The position numbers were made by a program, and so were the translations under genes. 28,154 nucleotides of DNA from a virus (lineage: Duplodnaviria; Caudoviricetes). The DNA is taken from the IMG/VR virus record IMGVR_UViG_3300032103_000258, positions 1 through 28,154 of that record; one strand, given 5' to 3'. Shown in pieces: positions 25,636 to 28,154 of this stretch. The first letter of the stretch is position 1; the number at the start of each line of letters is the position of its first letter. A model generated the notes under the pieces. The model saw only the letters and a program-made list of their open reading frames with translations. It did not search any database and was not told where the DNA came from.

Positions 25636-26447
25636 TAGCCCTCGAGAAGTTGGTTGACCAACAGTGACAGCCGTCGCTCTTCGATCGCCTCTTGACGCAT
25701 GGTGCTGCGAAGTTGGCCCAGCGCCGCCTGCACGATCTTGTAGGCCCCCATCTTTGTCATGCGCAGCATCTTGCCAATCTCGTCGTACGTCTTGCCGTTG
25801 GTCCAGGCGCTCAGCGCCTTGCGCGCCCGTGGGTCGAGCTTGGACACCTCGTCACGCGCCCAGGCATAACGGCTGGCGCGCTCAGCTGAGGCCGCAGGAT
25901 CTTCACCTGGCGCCGCGATCTTGGAGTGCAAATCTTCCTCGCCGCCCTCGCCCTCGTCGTCACCCATCGGGGCGTCAAGTTCCACACGCGAAATCCGATA
26001 TGGGCTGGGTTTCCCCTTGTAGCTGTACGTGCCAGCCTTCCACGACATGTTTCCAAGGTGGTTGCGGATGACCATCGAGGCGTAGCCAGCAAAGCTCCCT
26101 TTCTGGGGAGTGTATGAATTGGCCGCCTTGGACAACGCGAGCAAAGCTTCCTGCTTGACGTCGTCAGGGTCGAGCGTGGGATTAGAAATCGCGTGACGTT
26201 GGGCCAGCCAGTAGGCCAGCTTTTCATTGGTCACGGCCAATGCCTCGGCGTCCTGGGGCTCTTCAGCTTCCTTGACCCGCTTGGGAAGTCCCTTGTGCTT
26301 GGTGAGGGCAAAGTCCCGGGTCTTCTTCACCGACAAGTCTTTGGCGATGCGCCGTGCGGCGCCGCTAACCTCAGATGCTTTCTTCGTGCCCTTTTGAACT
26401 GCCCGGGCAATCTCAAAAAGTTGTTGTTGCGCTTTTGACTTCGTCAT
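25635..26447 (-). CDS. Sigma70-family RNA polymerase sigma factor with N-terminal DUF3008-like domain
   Basis: Region 2 DDVKQEALLALSKAANSY...SFAGYASMVIRNHL; region 4 LDPRARK...KTYDEIGKMLRMTKMGAYKIVQAALGQLR. N-terminus KSKAQQ...DFALTKHKGLP resembles DUF3008. Confidence 0.88.
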   Translation of the reverse strand: MTKSKAQQQLFEIARAVQKGTKKASEVSGAARRIAKDLSVKKTRDFALTKHKGLPKRVKEAEEPQDAEALAVTNEKLAYWLAQRHAISNPTLDPDDVKQEALLALSKAANSYTPQKGSFAGYASMVIRNHLGNMSWKAGTYSYKGKPSPYRISRVELDAPMGDDEGEGGEEDLHSKIAAPGEDPAASAERASRYAWARDEVSKLDPRARKALSAWTNGKTYDEIGKMLRMTKMGAYKIVQAALGQLRSTMRQEAIEERRLSLLVNQLLEG

Positions 26448-26451
26448 GCGC

Positions 26452-26458
26452 TAACTAC
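26452..26458 (-). promoter_or_regulatory. Putative late promoter core GTAGTTA
   Basis: 4 nt before the sigma ATG. Confidence 0.65.
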
Positions 26459-26470
26459 TGGCTGGGCTGT

Positions 26471-27568
26471 TCACTTCAACTTTGCATAACGGTAACGCCG
26501 AAGACAAGATTTTTGCCCAGAATTCAATTCAACCTTTCCTTCTTTAACCCCAAGGAACTCTGACTCATCGCGCGTTAGCTCCCACCCTTTTGGCCTCCCA
26601 TTTCCTTTGCAAGCGCTTGAAATAGCTTTTCGGTGTTCAGCAGAAAGAGATTTTCCAACTAATCTGGCGGAGTGTGACAATCTCCACTCTAGACTGTCAG
26701 CTCTCCTTCTGGCTGCTTTAGCCAGGTTGTCCTTCCAAGCTTGTGGTCTTGGACCATACTTTTTACCTTTTCGAGATTCAGACATTTTGCGGCGAGTCTC
26801 TTCAGAGAGCGTCCACCCAACACTTCCACCGTCAGTCCTGTTCCACAAACCCGTAAGCCCATGAGCCCTAATCAAAGTTCTTTCCCGCTCAAATGCAGCG
26901 TACTCGGTCAAACCGTCTTCAATGATTTCAATGCAATAATCTATACCCCTTGAAATTAGCTCGTTAAGTCGGTCAAAAACCACTCCCTGTTTTCGGTGCT
27001 CCAACAGGTAGCGCTGGTCGTAGTGGTCGACGCGGTCATATCCACTTTCAGGGTTGCGGTGTCCCTTTCCAATATACCTAAGCTCTTTTGGATTAAGCTC
27101 GTAAATTCCATATACGTAGAACTGAGCAGGTTCTGGGATCCCAGATCCCAATCTTAGCTCGTGTTTCAACCACTGCAGACATTCGTCTGACGATCCCGAA
27201 AATGCCTGGTGCCTAAGCGCTAATGACCTCAGTCTTTTTTGCCGCTTCAAGACTGCCTCCTCGTTATACGTTCCCCCACGAAGCTCAATTCTTTGGCGCA
27301 CCACCTCAAGGCTTTCGTCAATGAACACAACTTTGTACACAAACTCCGGATTAAGCTTAATTGTCGTGCTGACTAGTTTTGTAATGTCAGCTACGATTGG
27401 TTTATCTTGCTGAGACGCCTGCTTAAGGGCTTCTTGCCTTCGGTTTCCTCCCCTTAACCTGTCGAATTTTATCCGATACGAATATGGCGCTACTTGTGAG
27501 CACACGAAACTCTTTCCAGACCCCGACAACCCGATGACAAGATAAACTTTTTTGTTTTGTCCAACCAT
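26471..27568 (-). CDS. P-loop kinase fused to GIY-YIG (LEM-3-like) endonuclease with NUMOD3 motifs
   Basis: GLSGSGKS Walker A and QRIELRGG lid; FYVYGIY...RYIGKG...R...E...LWNRTDGG; SEETRRKMSESRKG and SAEHRKAISSACKG. Visibly AT-richer than neighbours. Confidence 0.85.
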   Translation of the reverse strand: MVGQNKKVYLVIGLSGSGKSFVCSQVAPYSYRIKFDRLRGGNRRQEALKQASQQDKPIVADITKLVSTTIKLNPEFVYKVVFIDESLEVVRQRIELRGGTYNEEAVLKRQKRLRSLALRHQAFSGSSDECLQWLKHELRLGSGIPEPAQFYVYGIYELNPKELRYIGKGHRNPESGYDRVDHYDQRYLLEHRKQGVVFDRLNELISRGIDYCIEIIEDGLTEYAAFERERTLIRAHGLTGLWNRTDGGSVGWTLSEETRRKMSESRKGKKYGPRPQAWKDNLAKAARRRADSLEWRLSHSARLVGKSLSAEHRKAISSACKGNGRPKGWELTRDESEFLGVKEGKVELNSGQKSCLRRYRYAKLK

Positions 27569-27573
27569 AGAAT

Positions 27574-27580
27574 TAACTAC
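27574..27580 (-). promoter_or_regulatory. Putative late promoter core GTAGTTA
   Basis: 5 nt before ATG 27568. Confidence 0.65.
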
Positions 27581-27602
27581 CTTCTTAGCGAAAGAACGTC
27601 AT

Positions 27603-27634
27603 AAAAATCCCGCCCGGTGTAACTCCGGGCGGGA
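27603..27634 (-). terminator. Intrinsic terminator after the major capsid gene
   Basis: TCCCGCCCGG-7 nt-CCGGGCGGGA 10-bp hairpin followed by TTTTT on the minus strand. Confidence 0.88.
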
Positions 27635-27659
27635 AACGATGCGTGCGTTGGGTTGGAAG

Positions 27660-28154
27660 TTAGCCGATGAATGTTCCGAACGAAGTCGGCGCGTTGCGCA
27701 CAACTCCCCGGCAGTACATCTTGCTGTTAACAACCTTCTTCGCGAAGCTCGTGGCAAAGCCGCGCTGATGGATGAAATCAGGCAACATGATGTCTGGCGT
27801 GGTGTACAGCTTCTGATATTCCGCGAGCACATAGCCCGTGGTCAGGAACTGGTCGCCCTTGTGACCGATCAACCACTCGTTGTTCGGGTAGTGAGGGTCG
27901 GCGAACACCTTCTTGTTGCCGAGGTCGCCCAGGTAGGTAACGCCCTGCATCTGGGTACGGTCGTTTTTGGCGGCGAACTGCGGCAACGTCGCGATGACCG
28001 TCGCGGCTTGGAGACCCGCGAGGACCCAGTTTCCGGCGACCATGTTGGTGGAGCCGTAGATGAAGTTCGAAGCAGTCTCGAACGCGTCGATGATGCTGAA
28101 CTTGTGGGTCTGGTAGTTGACGCTCGTCGGGGCCTGAGCATCCCAAACCACGAA
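27660..28154 (-). CDS. Major capsid protein (T4 gp23-like), 5'-truncated
   Basis: GNWVLAG, YLGDLGNKKVFADPHYP, LIGHKG, GYVLAEY, RGFATSFA, YCRGVV match the gp23 C-terminal pattern; strongly biased codons; followed by a terminator. Confidence 0.88.
   Translation of the reverse strand, partial: FVVWDAQAPTSVNYQTHKFSIIDAFETASNFIYGSTNMVAGNWVLAGLQAATVIATLPQFAAKNDRTQMQGVTYLGDLGNKKVFADPHYPNNEWLIGHKGDQFLTTGYVLAEYQKLYTTPDIMLPDFIHQRGFATSFAKKVVNSKMYCRGVVRNAPTSFGTFIG

Overview
This is a 28-kb segment of a large myovirus (T4-like or jumbo type) phage genome, mostly the virion morphogenesis region on the minus strand: C-terminal part of the major capsid protein, tape measure, neck (gp14-like), tail terminator (gp15-like), tail sheath, tail tube and a gp26/gp51-like hub chaperone pair. 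A baseplate-hub-like gene, an SbcC/gp46-like ATPase, a DUF559 nuclease and a class II glutamine amidotransferase lie on the plus strand; a 5'-3' exonuclease lies on the minus strand. Family calls come from motif recognition by eye; no database search was run. The most unusual signal is a possible integrated gene-expression system: (i) a heptamer GTA(G/A/T)(T/A/C)TA 4-8 nt before about ten start codons with no Shine-Dalgarno, plus sigma70-type promoters whose -10 box lies 6 nt before the start codon, implying (near-)leaderless mRNAs; (ii) a sigma factor fused to a DUF3008-like N-terminus that shares a C-terminal LVNQLL(E/D) tag with its neighbour, possibly virion-packaged; (iii) a ~75-nt hairpin RNA candidate displaying an anti-SD sequence (CCUCCUU). 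Also notable: a second ~335-nt structured RNA candidate with a 24-bp repeat, a purple-acid-phosphatase-like multidomain protein within the tail genes, a kinase/GIY-YIG fusion, a candidate frameshift site, a nested internal start, a probable pseudogene and many in-frame tandem duplications.
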